Of a stretch of 64,000 bases of DNA, positions 19,782 to 29,672 are shown piece by piece. The stretch covers positions 32,001-96,000 of the forward strand of contig JAFGDV010000002.1 in assembly GCA_016931955.1 (NCBI GenBank), in the 5' to 3' direction. Every line of letters begins with the position of its first letter. The stretch's first letter is position 1. Made by a program: the position numbers and the translations under genes. The notes beneath the pieces were generated by a model. The model was not told where the DNA came from and searched no databases. It saw nothing but the letters and a program-made list of their open reading frames with translations. The stretch is from Candidatus Altiarchaeota archaeon (GTDB lineage: Archaea > Altiarchaeota > Altiarchaeia > IMC4 > QMZM01).

Positions 19782-20447
19782 TTAGGTGAAGAGTTTGTGG
19801 ACCCATGATTTTCCTTTTTTCTCTTTTATGTTCTCTTTGGTTTTTTTGTCGATGAGTGTCAGTAGTTTTGTCGCTGAGTTTGATTCGAGTAGTATGATAA
19901 AGTTTCCTGAGACTTCTCCCTTCAGACCCTTGAATTCTACCTCAACTATGAGACCGACGTTGACCTCTCTCCGCACCCCTAGGAGGACGAAGTTTACTAT
20001 GGAGCTTGCAAAATTAAAAACCGTTACTGGTTGTGATGGATAGATCTTTATTTCTACGAAATCGGCTATTGCATTCATGAACGTTGCCGTCAGGATGCTT
20101 CCAATCTCTTCCAGGATTGAACGACCTTCCATATCCACCATATCCGTGGTCCCGACCTCCCTGCCCTCTAGTGTGTCTATGAATATGAGGGCTGTTTTCC
20201 GCGGGAATATCAGGATGGTTGTACCAGAGATATCCCCCAGAACCCGTGAGTATACGCCTACAGACAGGACGTTATTTTTGCCGAAGTATTTTGGTATCTG
20301 GCTTATGGGTATGAGGCTTAGTTTAGTGAGCCTAACATTGACTCTCTCATCTATCATCTTTGAGAGAGCTGTGCTTGAATGCCACATCGCTATTGCTATA
20401 ACCTCTTTTAGAGCATCCTTCGCTAGTTCGGTTAAGTTAAGTGTCAC
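19782..20447 (-). CDS. cheC: CheC-family protein (both ExxN sites degenerate)
   Basis: DALKEVIAI, SILEEIGSIL. Confidence 0.8.
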   Translation of the reverse strand: MTLNLTELAKDALKEVIAIAMWHSSTALSKMIDERVNVRLTKLSLIPISQIPKYFGKNNVLSVGVYSRVLGDISGTTILIFPRKTALIFIDTLEGREVGTTDMVDMEGRSILEEIGSILTATFMNAIADFVEIKIYPSQPVTVFNFASSIVNFVLLGVRREVNVGLIVEVEFKGLKGEVSGNFIILLESNSATKLLTLIDKKTKENIKEKKGKSWVHKLFT

Positions 20448-20648
20448 TTTTGATATTCCCGTTAAATATAAAGGGTTGCATTCATATTAAAACTTGATGC
20501 AGTTTAAACCGGTCTGGTCTGATTCCATGGGGAGCCTGATTACAGGAAAAAAAAGTCGCTAGGGTTTATGACGCAACGAGAGATAGGAAGAAAGAAATCG
20601 TCACTTTCGCTGAGTGCTTGGGGAAGAAACCTATTCTAGGAGAATGTT

Positions 20649-20691
20649 AAAAAAGGATGGATTCTCCATTCGATCAATGGAGAATGTATCC
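20649..20691 (-). terminator. hairpin plus U-tract terminator after cheW
   Basis: Perfect 10-bp inverted repeat attctccatt (20661-20670) / aatggagaat (20676-20685), followed on the minus strand by a T6 run. Confidence 0.6.
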
Positions 20692-21237
20692 TCACTTTGG
20701 TTTCTTTTCCAGTGTTTTTAGCTCGTCTAACTGCTCTTCATCTAAGAGGTTTTCTCCTTCAATGGTCTTCTGTATGTTGTCTATATGTTCATAGTCTTCA
20801 TCAACCAAGACCTTGCTTAGATCCAACAGGATGAGCAGTCTTTCGCCTATTATACCCACGCCTTCCAGGTAGTCTGAACTGACCCTCTTCGCTATTATTG
20901 AGGGCGCTGGCTCAACCTGGTCACTGTTAAGCCTCATAACCTCTGTGGCTGAGTCAACTATCATACCAACTGTGTTTCCAACTACTTCAAGGACTATTAT
21001 CCTTGTGTCGGTGTTGGCCTTCCTCAGGGGGAGACCCAACTTCATGGCAAGATTTATGACTACCACGATCCCTCCTCTGAGGTTGATGACTCCTTCGATG
21101 TATTCTGCTGTATTGGGTATCTTCGTTATTTCCTCCATACGGATGATCTCTCGAACATCGCTTATGTTCACACCGAATTCCTCATCACTAAGGGTAAAGA
21201 CTACAATCTGCCTCTCCTCATCATCTCCTCCTTTCAT
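20692..21237 (-). CDS. cheW: chemotaxis coupling protein CheW
   Basis: FGVNISDVREII, EGVINLRG, GMIVD, LLILLDL. Confidence 0.93.
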   Translation of the reverse strand: MKGGDDEERQIVVFTLSDEEFGVNISDVREIIRMEEITKIPNTAEYIEGVINLRGGIVVVINLAMKLGLPLRKANTDTRIIVLEVVGNTVGMIVDSATEVMRLNSDQVEPAPSIIAKRVSSDYLEGVGIIGERLLILLDLSKVLVDEDYEHIDNIQKTIEGENLLDEEQLDELKTLEKKPK

Positions 21238-21279
21238 TTCTCCCTCTAATCCTAGTCTTGCAGGCATTCTATGCACCCC

Positions 21280-23412
21280 TCAGATTCTTTCATTACCTAG
21301 TTTTAATCGTCCCGTGTTTCCTATGTCATCAAAGCTTCTAGCTCCAAATTGGCCTTGCTCTCTTATCTTGAACTTGGAAACAACGGTCTTCAGCTCCTCG
21401 GCGCTGAGGTTGAATTGTTGAGCTGTCTTTGACACCTGCTGCATGGAGGCTGTGACGCTCTGCACTGAAGAGGATACCTCCTCAGAGCTGGCCGCGTTTT
21501 CTTGAGCTACCTCTGCCATCTCAACCAGTGAGCTGGTCACACCCTGTACTAGGTCGGGTATTGCTTCGAATGACTTCATCGCCTCTTTTACGGCGGCTAT
21601 ACCTTCCTCGACCTGCTTTGTGTTGTCATCCATTGTGCTGACTGCATGTGATATCTCGTTCTGTATGTCCGTTATCAAACCCGCAATCTGTTCGCTTGCG
21701 CCTCTCGAGTCCTCGGCGAGCTTCCGTACCTCGTCTGCTACAACCGCGAATCCTCTTCCAGCTTCACCTGCTCTTGCGGCCTCAATCGCTGCGTTCAGCG
21801 CCAGTAGGTTGGTCTGCTCTGCTATGTCCTTGATCGTGTCCACGATCCTACCTATCTCCTCTGACTTTCCGCCAAGTGATCCGATCTTTGAAGCGCTTTC
21901 CTTTGATGTAACGCTTATCTGAGCCATCTTTTCGTTCACGAGCTTGGCTGACTTGCTTCCTTCTTCGGCGCTCTCTGCTGTTTTCTTGGCTAATTCCTGC
22001 GACTCTGTGGCCCCTTGTGAAACGATCTGCACCCCTTTGACGATCTCCTGCATTGTCGAAGCTACTTGTTCCATCGCCGCATTTGTTTCCTCGGACGACG
22101 CTGAAAGCTCCTCAGCAGCTACTGCTGTTGAAGTGGCGTTATTCTTTATGTTTCCTATCAGATCCATGAGGTTGCTGGCCATTGTCGCGAATGCATTACC
22201 TATCATACCTACCTCATTCTTAGCGGATATGCCAACGACATCTAGGGTAAGATCACCAGCTGCTACACGCTGCATCTGCCTGACTATCAGGTTAAGCCGG
22301 TTGGTCAGGAAGTTCGCGAAGAAGTAAGCCGCCAGTGAACCGAGTACTATAGCCAGTGCACACACCATTATCGTCATGTCCTGAATCTGTATTATCCCAT
22401 CATCGAAGTCTTCCCCGTAGGCGCTTGAAGCGATGACCCATTCCCACTCATCGAAATATGCGAAGGCTGCAAGCTTGCTCGAAGCCCTGCTTTCTCCTTT
22501 ATTCGCCCACGTGTAACGGTATACGTCTGTCTCTCCCTCACTCAGGGCTGTTGCCTTGTCTATTATCTCTTGTATGAAGAGGGTTCCATCATCCAACTTC
22601 GAATTGATGATGTTCTGTCCATCGCTCTCCCTCTTGTATGAGAGAACATAGTTCCCTTTTGTGTCAAGTATCCAGATGTATCCCCGCTCTCCTATGACTA
22701 CCTTGGCGAGGTTGCCCTTCAGTGTTTCCTGATACTCATTCTCAGGCACGCCAACGTATAGGACGCCTATCACCTTATTGCTTTCATCCTTTATTGGTTC
22801 ATAAGCGCTTAGGTAGTACCCAGTCACCACGAATGCTCTTCCGTAGTAGGTCTGACCCCTCATCACAGTCTGATAAACCTCTGAATCAGATGGGATGTAT
22901 GTTCCAACAGCCCTTGAACCATCCAGGTTAAGGACATTGGTTGATATCCTCAACAGCCCGTTAGGGATGACTTGGAATACTGTCGCTGTCCCGCCCACCA
23001 TGCTCTGGATTTCGTCAACGATCTCGTAGTTGTAAGCAAGCTGCTTTTCGCCTATCTTCATCTTTGAGATGGTTACTGGCTGGCTGCCTTGGGTTACCTG
23101 GTTTACGGCGGTGAACTCCATTGTCTCCATTGGATCCAAGTAGGGCCTGCCATAGCCATACATAACGCTGCTGGCAACCCTCAGATCAGAGTTCACCTTG
23201 CTCTGCGCCACCTCATAGATGTTCTGAACATCCTTTGAGATTATCAGGGCTTGCTCTTGCAGCATTCCTTCGATCTGATTGAAGGTCTCTCTACTGGTCG
23301 AATCATAGCTGATGTAACCAAGCGTTACTACTGGTATCGACACCAGCAAGATGCAGATAGCCATCAGTTGCCATCTAATACTTATATCATTAAATATGTT
23401 TTTGATGTTCAT
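21280..23412 (-). CDS. methyl-accepting chemotaxis protein (TM, Cache_3-Cache_2-like, TM, HAMP, MA)
   Basis: [38 protein letters not shown] hairpin tip; RISTNV..RAVGT Cache motif. Confidence 0.95.
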   Translation of the reverse strand: MNIKNIFNDISIRWQLMAICILLVSIPVVTLGYISYDSTSRETFNQIEGMLQEQALIISKDVQNIYEVAQSKVNSDLRVASSVMYGYGRPYLDPMETMEFTAVNQVTQGSQPVTISKMKIGEKQLAYNYEIVDEIQSMVGGTATVFQVIPNGLLRISTNVLNLDGSRAVGTYIPSDSEVYQTVMRGQTYYGRAFVVTGYYLSAYEPIKDESNKVIGVLYVGVPENEYQETLKGNLAKVVIGERGYIWILDTKGNYVLSYKRESDGQNIINSKLDDGTLFIQEIIDKATALSEGETDVYRYTWANKGESRASSKLAAFAYFDEWEWVIASSAYGEDFDDGIIQIQDMTIMVCALAIVLGSLAAYFFANFLTNRLNLIVRQMQRVAAGDLTLDVVGISAKNEVGMIGNAFATMASNLMDLIGNIKNNATSTAVAAEELSASSEETNAAMEQVASTMQEIVKGVQIVSQGATESQELAKKTAESAEEGSKSAKLVNEKMAQISVTSKESASKIGSLGGKSEEIGRIVDTIKDIAEQTNLLALNAAIEAARAGEAGRGFAVVADEVRKLAEDSRGASEQIAGLITDIQNEISHAVSTMDDNTKQVEEGIAAVKEAMKSFEAIPDLVQGVTSSLVEMAEVAQENAASSEEVSSSVQSVTASMQQVSKTAQQFNLSAEELKTVVSKFKIREQGQFGARSFDDIGNTGRLKLGNERI

Positions 23413-23716
23413 CTATATCACCTTTTTCTTTCTTTATTTTGTTTTTTTAATCTTATATGGGCAGTTTGATAGCTGGGGTGGGTGCGCCCATCAGACCACC
23501 CTAAGTTTTATCTTCTAAAGTTATTTCTGCAAACTTATATAAATATGTTTCTATATTTCTACGTCGGCATAGTGATATCTCAACATAATTATCATTTGAC
23601 TAAACGCTCATGAGCCACATTATAAGTCAAAAGAATGCATATAACATCTGAAGATGGCTGTATTAGATCAACAAAAAATAGGTTAAGTATTTACTTATTA
23701 CTGCCATCTTATGCTA

Positions 23717-24130
23717 TCACTTATAAAAGATAGGTTTACCTTTAGATCGGACCAACCAATACTCTACAGTCCTGCCAACCCTCTTCCTTGAGATAACACC
23801 CTTGCTCTCCAAACTCTTAAGATGTTTACTGAGGGTTGGTTTGGTTACCCTTGTTTTCCCGAGCAATTCAGTAAAATTCAGTTTACCTTTGTCTAAGGCT
23901 GCTAATATACTGTCTTCAAGATTTTCCTCCCCAATTGTCAACCTTTCTTTACCAATCATCGACTTGATCTCCATTACCTCCATAAACAACCGAGGGATTA
24001 TGCCAGAATCCTCACCCAGTAGCCTGCGATTCAAATCCCTCAAGTCCTCCAATATCTGGGCTATCCTCACATCATCCACACTTCTGCGCCCTATTTCCCC
24101 CCTCAATCTGCTAAGATCATCGGAATCCAT
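23717..24130 (-). CDS. coiled-coil plus winged-HTH (ArsR-like) regulator
   Basis: LNFTELL..VTKPTLSKHLKSLESKGVI..VGRTVEY; ATG 1 nt after the cheC stop. Confidence 0.75.
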   Translation of the reverse strand: MDSDDLSRLRGEIGRRSVDDVRIAQILEDLRDLNRRLLGEDSGIIPRLFMEVMEIKSMIGKERLTIGEENLEDSILAALDKGKLNFTELLGKTRVTKPTLSKHLKSLESKGVISRKRVGRTVEYWLVRSKGKPIFYK

Positions 24131-24131
24131 C

Positions 24132-24806
24132 TCACCCAAGCCCCTCCCCAAATGGAGAACCAAGCTTCGTTTGAATGGCTTTGAGGATATTCCCAATTGA
24201 TTTGTCATCAAGTAGGAAAACGAATTCCCCCCTCAGAGATCCCCCAGAACACATAAACTCGGTCTGGGATACTAGAGAATAATTTATTGACTCCTTCACA
24301 CTCAAAAGCACAAAATAGACAATAGCGCTTGCTATATCAAAGACTACTGACGGCACAGACAACTCAACCTCCAGATCCAAGAACTCAGCTAAGGTATTGA
24401 CATACGATGCAGAGAGTATGCTCCCCAGCTCGCCCAAGGCAGACCTATCAATGCTCTTCATAACATCCGTAGTTCCAGGCTCCCTACCGTTCAGTACATC
24501 AACCAGGGACAATGCGCTCTCCCTTGAGAAGAATAGGAGGCTTGTGCCGGCAAGATCCCCCCTCAACCTCACGTATATGCCAGTCACAAGCATATTTTTC
24601 TGTCCCACGCAGCTTGCAATCTGGTCTAAGGGGATCAGATCCATTCCAGACATCTCTATGTCGACCCTCCTATCAATCAATTCAGATAAAGCGATTGTTG
24701 CATGGCCCATACCGATAGTCGCTATCTCCTGTAGCGCGTCAAGCTGAAGCTCTGTCAACTTCCCATACAAGCTATCGCTCTCCACCGCTTCCTTCCTATA
24801 GGACAT
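24132..24806 (-). CDS. cheC: CheC-family protein (both ExxN sites degenerate)
   Basis: DALQEIATIG, SALGELGSIL. Confidence 0.85.
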   Translation of the reverse strand: MSYRKEAVESDSLYGKLTELQLDALQEIATIGMGHATIALSELIDRRVDIEMSGMDLIPLDQIASCVGQKNMLVTGIYVRLRGDLAGTSLLFFSRESALSLVDVLNGREPGTTDVMKSIDRSALGELGSILSASYVNTLAEFLDLEVELSVPSVVFDIASAIVYFVLLSVKESINYSLVSQTEFMCSGGSLRGEFVFLLDDKSIGNILKAIQTKLGSPFGEGLG

Positions 24807-24819
24807 GTTGCTCCCCAGA

Positions 24820-25440
24820 TCAAAGAGACTTCAATTTTCTGTCAATCTTGTTAACCAGAACGCCCAACGAAGACGAATCCAAGAGGAATATGAAATCACC
24901 CGTTATCTCGCCCCTCTTCCCCCTGAATTTGACCTGGATAATCAAAACAGACTCTATCCTCTTATCAATGCCTCGAAGCACGAAATCTATCAGAGACTTT
25001 GCGACGTCAAAAACAATGCAGGGAGGAGAATGATACAAGGTAACACCTAAAAAGTTGCCCAACTCGGTGAGGTAACTTGCCGTCAATATGTTACCAACCT
25101 CTCCCAAGGCAGAGCGATCATCGTAACTTAGAATCTCCGTGGTCCCAATATCCCTGCCGTAGAGCAGGTCAGATAAAGCCAGTGAGCTCTCACGCGAGAG
25201 GACCAAGAGGCTTGTTCCGCCCAGGTCGCCCATCATCCTCAAGTAGATACCCATTGCAAGCGTATCTGGACCCCCCACCCTCTTCGGCACTTCCCCTATA
25301 GGCAGAAACTGCACCTTAGACATCTCTACCTCAACACGGCTTTCAACCATCTTGGAGAGCGACTTTGTGGCAGTGACCATGCCTTTATCCGCAACGCCCT
25401 TTAAAGCCCTCTTTTGTCCCTCCGTAAGTTGAGCAACCAT
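24820..25440 (-). CDS. cheC: CheC-family protein (second site intact)
   Basis: RALKGVADKG degenerate; SALGEVGNIL intact. Confidence 0.85.
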   Translation of the reverse strand: MVAQLTEGQKRALKGVADKGMVTATKSLSKMVESRVEVEMSKVQFLPIGEVPKRVGGPDTLAMGIYLRMMGDLGGTSLLVLSRESSLALSDLLYGRDIGTTEILSYDDRSALGEVGNILTASYLTELGNFLGVTLYHSPPCIVFDVAKSLIDFVLRGIDKRIESVLIIQVKFRGKRGEITGDFIFLLDSSSLGVLVNKIDRKLKSL

Positions 25441-25450
25441 CTTCTTTTAC

Positions 25451-25930
25451 TTAGATCGAGGTAGTCGGACCATGTATCCTGCTGACGACGACCTCACCTG
25501 TTTCGGTGTCGAACCAGATAGATCTGCCCTCGGTCCCGCCAACATCCTCGGCTACTATCTCAATGCACTTCTCTCTGAGCTTTTTTCTGACTGCTTCCAC
25601 ATTTTTCTTGCCTATGTCAGATATCCTTGGTACGTTGGGGAAAATCTCGGCTCCGCCGCATAGTTTCGCTTTTATATCATGTGTCTTGCAGCCGAGGATG
25701 AGCATGCTCTTTACCATGGCATCTACTGTCTTGTCGACGAACCTCAGGGGATTGATACCCTGAGCAGCCTCTTTGCTATCTGGGAGGATTATGTGAGCTA
25801 AAGCGGCTATCTTTGTCTTCTCGTCTCTTAGACAGATGGCTACGCATGAGCCCAAACCAAGAACCTCCAGTATGCAAGGATTATGTATTATCTTGAACTC
25901 TGCCATGCCGACTGTTATCTTCTTAGTCAT
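25451..25930 (-). CDS. cheD: chemoreceptor glutamine deamidase CheD
   Basis: LGLGSCV, AHIILP, KLCGGA, AEDVGGTEGR. Confidence 0.92.
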   Translation of the reverse strand: MTKKITVGMAEFKIIHNPCILEVLGLGSCVAICLRDEKTKIAALAHIILPDSKEAAQGINPLRFVDKTVDAMVKSMLILGCKTHDIKAKLCGGAEIFPNVPRISDIGKKNVEAVRKKLREKCIEIVAEDVGGTEGRSIWFDTETGEVVVSRIHGPTTSI

Positions 25931-26576
25931 CTTTTTTTTCTTCCATCTCCAAGAGGTACCTGACGTTTTTGATAAGCACGCCCATGTGAGAGTAAAACAG
26001 AACTACGAAGTGGCCGGTTATCTCCAACCCTTCTACGAGGAATCGGGTGTTGAACAAGAGGGCATTTTCGACATCGCAGGCATGTTGCGCTATTATGGGG
26101 TCCATCACAGAGTCGAGCATATCCGCTGCCAGCGCTGGAAGAGACTCCACAAGGCTCAGGTTAAGGTACTCTGCAATTGCAGAGAGATAGCTTCCTGCGA
26201 GGATGTTTCCGATCTCCATCAATGTGGAACGATCCATATCCGACAGCTCTTCAGCTCCAGTTGCTTCCTCCCCTTGCAGGATCTTCGCAAGTGTTGCCGC
26301 ATCCTTTACAGGGAGTACCAGAAGTAGACTGCATACCTCGAATTGGTTATCAAGGGATGTGCCATCAATATGCAGGTATATGTTGGTTATCTCCTTCTCT
26401 GGTCTGCCCATCTTGGATGTGACGGTTTCAAGGGGACACACCTCCATCCAAGGAAAGCTTACCTCGATCTTCTTGTCTGTAAGGGACGATAGGGCGATCG
26501 ATGCATGCCCAGCTCCAATGGAGGATATCTCCATCAGGGCATCTAACTCCAGTGGCGTCAGGTTCTTGAATTTCAT
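25923..26576 (-). CDS. cheC: CheC-family protein (second site intact)
   Basis: DALMEISSIGAGH; STLMEIGNIL. Confidence 0.88.
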   Translation of the reverse strand: MKFKNLTPLELDALMEISSIGAGHASIALSSLTDKKIEVSFPWMEVCPLETVTSKMGRPEKEITNIYLHIDGTSLDNQFEVCSLLLVLPVKDAATLAKILQGEEATGAEELSDMDRSTLMEIGNILAGSYLSAIAEYLNLSLVESLPALAADMLDSVMDPIIAQHACDVENALLFNTRFLVEGLEITGHFVVLFYSHMGVLIKNVRYLLEMEEKKDD

Positions 26577-27577
26577 AGTATCTCAACGATTTTATCTGCG
26601 ATACCCAGCAAAGGCAGGATGAAATCCGCATCCCCGTTTCTTATAATCATTTTAGGCATTCCAAATATTAAACTTGTTGATTCATCTTGGACTATGATCT
26701 TTCCACCATTCTTTTTTACCCACTTCACCCCATTCGCGCCGTCATCTCCCATACCAGTTAATATAACCGCTATTACGTTTTTACCGCATACCTTCGAAAC
26801 GGACTTCAATGTGACGTCTATGCAAGGCTTTACTATAGTATGTTTTTTGTTTAATTGAGTAAATAAATGTTTCCCTTTTTGCACTACCTCCAGGTTGTAA
26901 CCCCCAGGAGCCACTAGAACCTTGCCTTTATCAAGTAGGCTGCCTTCTTTTGCTTCTTCCACCTTTAGTGGGCACACTGCATCCAGCGTCTCAGCGAACG
27001 CCTTAGTGAATCCCGCCGGCATGTGTTGTACGACTAGAACGGCAGCTGGAAAATCCTTTGGGAACGAAGACAGTATAGTTCTAATTGTGGCCACACCACC
27101 GCAGGAAGCACCCAATACCAAAACCTTCTCGGATATCTTAGGCGCAGACAATTTTTTCTTCGGCTTCTTTATCACGAGTTTTTTTATCTCAAGGGATGAT
27201 GCGACTCGCACCAATGCTATCAGCTCTTCCTTCATTTCCTCCAGATCGCTGAGCCGGTTAGGCATCACTATGAAGTCCACTGCCCCATAGCCTAAGGCAC
27301 TCAGCATCTCCCGCCTTCCCAGATCAGATTCTCGGCCGACCACTATCGTTGGAGTAGGATCAAGCAGCATTATGTTGTAGAGGATGTCCAATGCATGTAC
27401 TCCCTTCATCTCTATGTCTAGTAGAACAACATCCGGCTCAAGGAGCTCAATCTTGTCTAAAGCCTCCTCAGCTAGACCAGAGCGGTGGATGACCTTTATC
27501 TCTGGTTCGGACTCCAGCATACATGTAAGCTTGACCCCAAAAAAATAAGAATCCGCTATTATGAGGACCTTGATCAT
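26573..27577 (-). CDS. cheB: chemotaxis methylesterase CheB with degenerate receiver domain
   Basis: Esterase triad GASCGG, VQHMP, GMGDDG; REC domain lacks conserved Lys and Thr/Ser. Confidence 0.92.
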   Translation of the reverse strand: MIKVLIIADSYFFGVKLTCMLESEPEIKVIHRSGLAEEALDKIELLEPDVVLLDIEMKGVHALDILYNIMLLDPTPTIVVGRESDLGRREMLSALGYGAVDFIVMPNRLSDLEEMKEELIALVRVASSLEIKKLVIKKPKKKLSAPKISEKVLVLGASCGGVATIRTILSSFPKDFPAAVLVVQHMPAGFTKAFAETLDAVCPLKVEEAKEGSLLDKGKVLVAPGGYNLEVVQKGKHLFTQLNKKHTIVKPCIDVTLKSVSKVCGKNVIAVILTGMGDDGANGVKWVKKNGGKIIVQDESTSLIFGMPKMIIRNGDADFILPLLGIADKIVEIL

Positions 27578-27586
27578 TCTCCCATT

Positions 27587-27955
27587 CTATGAGAATCTCC
27601 TGACAACATCAAGTATCTGCTCCCTCTTGAATGGTTTGGTTACGTAGGCCTTTGCACCTATCCTCATCGCTTCTTTCATAGGATCCCCATGGCCTATGGC
27701 GGTTACCATGACAATGACCGCTTTTGGATCTATTTTCATGATCTCGGCTAAGACCTGCAGACCATCCTTCTCTGCCATTATTATGTCCAGTAAGACGATG
27801 CCGGGCCTTTCTTTCTTGTAGACCTCAACTGTTTCAGTCCCGTTCTGGGCTTCAACGATATCGCGATAACCTTCCTCAGAGAGCATCGTCTTAAGCATAT
27901 TCCTCATGAAGGCAGAATCATCTGCCAACAATACCTTAGGTTTTGCCATTTTCAT
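27587..27955 (-). CDS. cheY: CheY-like response regulator
   Basis: ADDSAFMR, LLDIIM, VTA, KPF. Confidence 0.9.
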   Translation of the reverse strand: MKMAKPKVLLADDSAFMRNMLKTMLSEEGYRDIVEAQNGTETVEVYKKERPGIVLLDIIMAEKDGLQVLAEIMKIDPKAVIVMVTAIGHGDPMKEAMRIGAKAYVTKPFKREQILDVVRRFS

Positions 27956-28310
27956 CCAAGAGTTTGTTTATGTTTTTAATCAACTTTGCCTCAGTTATCG
28001 GCTTTGATATGTATGAGCACGCCCCTCGTTTGATGCAGTCCTCCATGGTCTTCTGATCCCTTATTATGCTCGACACTATAATCTTCACCTCGGGTTTGAT
28101 CTCCATCAGCCTATCGAGCACATACAACCCGTCATTGCCAGGCATCTTCAGATCGAGCAATACGATATCTGGATCCTCTACACCGCACTTTAGTATGCAA
28201 TCGTTTCCGTTAACGGCCTCGACGACATCACTGTACCCGTTTTTTTGGAGGATGCTAATCAACGCCCTGCGCTCGAACATGGAGTCATCTGCTACAAGTA
28301 TCTTGACCAT
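27936..28310 (-). CDS. cheY: CheY-like response regulator
   Basis: ADDSMFER, LLDLKMP, VSS, SKP. Confidence 0.85.
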   Translation of the reverse strand: MVKILVADDSMFERRALISILQKNGYSDVVEAVNGNDCILKCGVEDPDIVLLDLKMPGNDGLYVLDRLMEIKPEVKIIVSSIIRDQKTMEDCIKRGACSYISKPITEAKLIKNINKLLDENGKT

Positions 28311-28396
28311 CAGCACCACTATCTTGACTAATTAAATATCTATCTTCTCATTTATATCCTTTTTGTTTTTCTCATTTAAAGTTCTATTCTATTATA

Positions 28397-28759
28397 ATGC
28401 ACGAGTTCTCGATAGCTGAAGACATCCTGGAGGTCGCACTGGATGAGGCGGAAAAGCATAAAGCTTCCAGGATAAAACACATCTCTGTGGAGGTTGGAGG
28501 GCTCATGATGGCGAACCTCGAGCAATTGGATTTCGCCCTCAGATCCCTGTCAGTTGGAACCCTTGCAGAGGATATGGAAGTCGACCTGAAGACGGTCCCT
28601 GGGAGATTCAAGTGCGACAACAACCACGTGAATGAGGTAAGTATTGAGGAGGATGACCTCTACCTGGCCCTAGCCTCTCTCAGATGCCCTGAATGCGGCA
28701 GCCCTCTAAGGGTGTTGAGCGGAAAAGAGTGCGTGCTGAAGAGGATAATCGCCGAATAA
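28397..28759 (+). CDS. hypA: hydrogenase nickel metallochaperone HypA
   Basis: MHEFSIA N-terminus, CPECG, SGKE. Confidence 0.9.
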   Translation: MHEFSIAEDILEVALDEAEKHKASRIKHISVEVGGLMMANLEQLDFALRSLSVGTLAEDMEVDLKTVPGRFKCDNNHVNEVSIEEDDLYLALASLRCPECGSPLRVLSGKECVLKRIIAE

Positions 28760-28766
28760 CGCTAAA

Positions 28767-29417
28767 ATGCATGTGATAGACGTAGACAGGGATATCATGG
28801 AGATCAACAGGAGGATATCTGAAAGGAACCAAAGAGTCTTGGAAGAGAACAATGTCTTTGGATTCGATGTTTTGGGGGCTATCGGCTCTGGCAAGACCTC
28901 CCTGATTGAGGCCTTGGTTGGGAGGATCGGGAAAAAACTGGGGATCGGAGCGATAGCGGGTGACGTTATTAGTGACGCCGACGCCAGCCGTTTGAAGAGG
29001 TGTGGAATCCCAGTCATCGGCTTGAACACTGGAAGGGAGTGCCATCTTGACGCCCACCTCGTCGAGCATGCGCTTGAGAGCCTTCCATTAAAGGACCTCG
29101 ACATTCTGTTCATAGAGAACGTGGGGAACCTCATATGTCCAGTAGACTTCCCGCTTGGGGCACATCGGAGGATCGTTGTAGTAAGCGTGAGCGAGGGGGA
29201 CGACACCGTAGAAAAGCACCCCATGATCTTCCTGGACTCTGATCTTGCGGTGATAAACAAGATAGACATCGCAGAAGCGGTTGATGCGAGCGTTGAGAAG
29301 ATGGAATACGACGCCAAACGGATCAATCCACGGCTGCCTGTGATAAAAACAAGCATGAAGAAGGGTATCGGTCTAAACGAAATAGTCGATTGGATAAGAA
29401 AAGAATCCAATCTATAG
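28767..29417 (+). CDS. hypB: hydrogenase nickel incorporation GTPase HypB
   Basis: GAIGSGKT, ECHLDA, ENVGNLICP, NKID. Confidence 0.95.
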   Translation: MHVIDVDRDIMEINRRISERNQRVLEENNVFGFDVLGAIGSGKTSLIEALVGRIGKKLGIGAIAGDVISDADASRLKRCGIPVIGLNTGRECHLDAHLVEHALESLPLKDLDILFIENVGNLICPVDFPLGAHRRIVVVSVSEGDDTVEKHPMIFLDSDLAVINKIDIAEAVDASVEKMEYDAKRINPRLPVIKTSMKKGIGLNEIVDWIRKESNL

Positions 29418-29432
29418 TTTAATGGTGATATC

Positions 29433-29672
29433 ATGTGTCTGGCTATCCCAGGAAGGATCCTGGATATAAAGGACAATGAAGCATCTGTTGACTTCGGCGG
29501 CGTGAAAAGGCCTGTTAGGATTGACTTAGTCGACGCCAAGGTGGGAGACTACGTCATCGTCCATACGGGATACGCAATCGAGGTATTGGATGAAGAGGAA
29601 GCTCTTGAAAGCCTGAAACTGTGGAGACAAATCCTCTCCAAAATGGACGATGATCCTAAGAGATTTCCGTGA
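29433..29672 (+). CDS. hypC: hydrogenase chaperone HypC
   Basis: MCLAIPG, VGDYVIVHTGYA. Confidence 0.95.
   Translation: MCLAIPGRILDIKDNEASVDFGGVKRPVRIDLVDAKVGDYVIVHTGYAIEVLDEEEALESLKLWRQILSKMDDDPKRFP

Noticed and set aside
23470-23502. GC-rich mini-hairpin in the MCP leader as a riboswitch
   Set aside because: Only a short stem; no recognisable aptamer consensus
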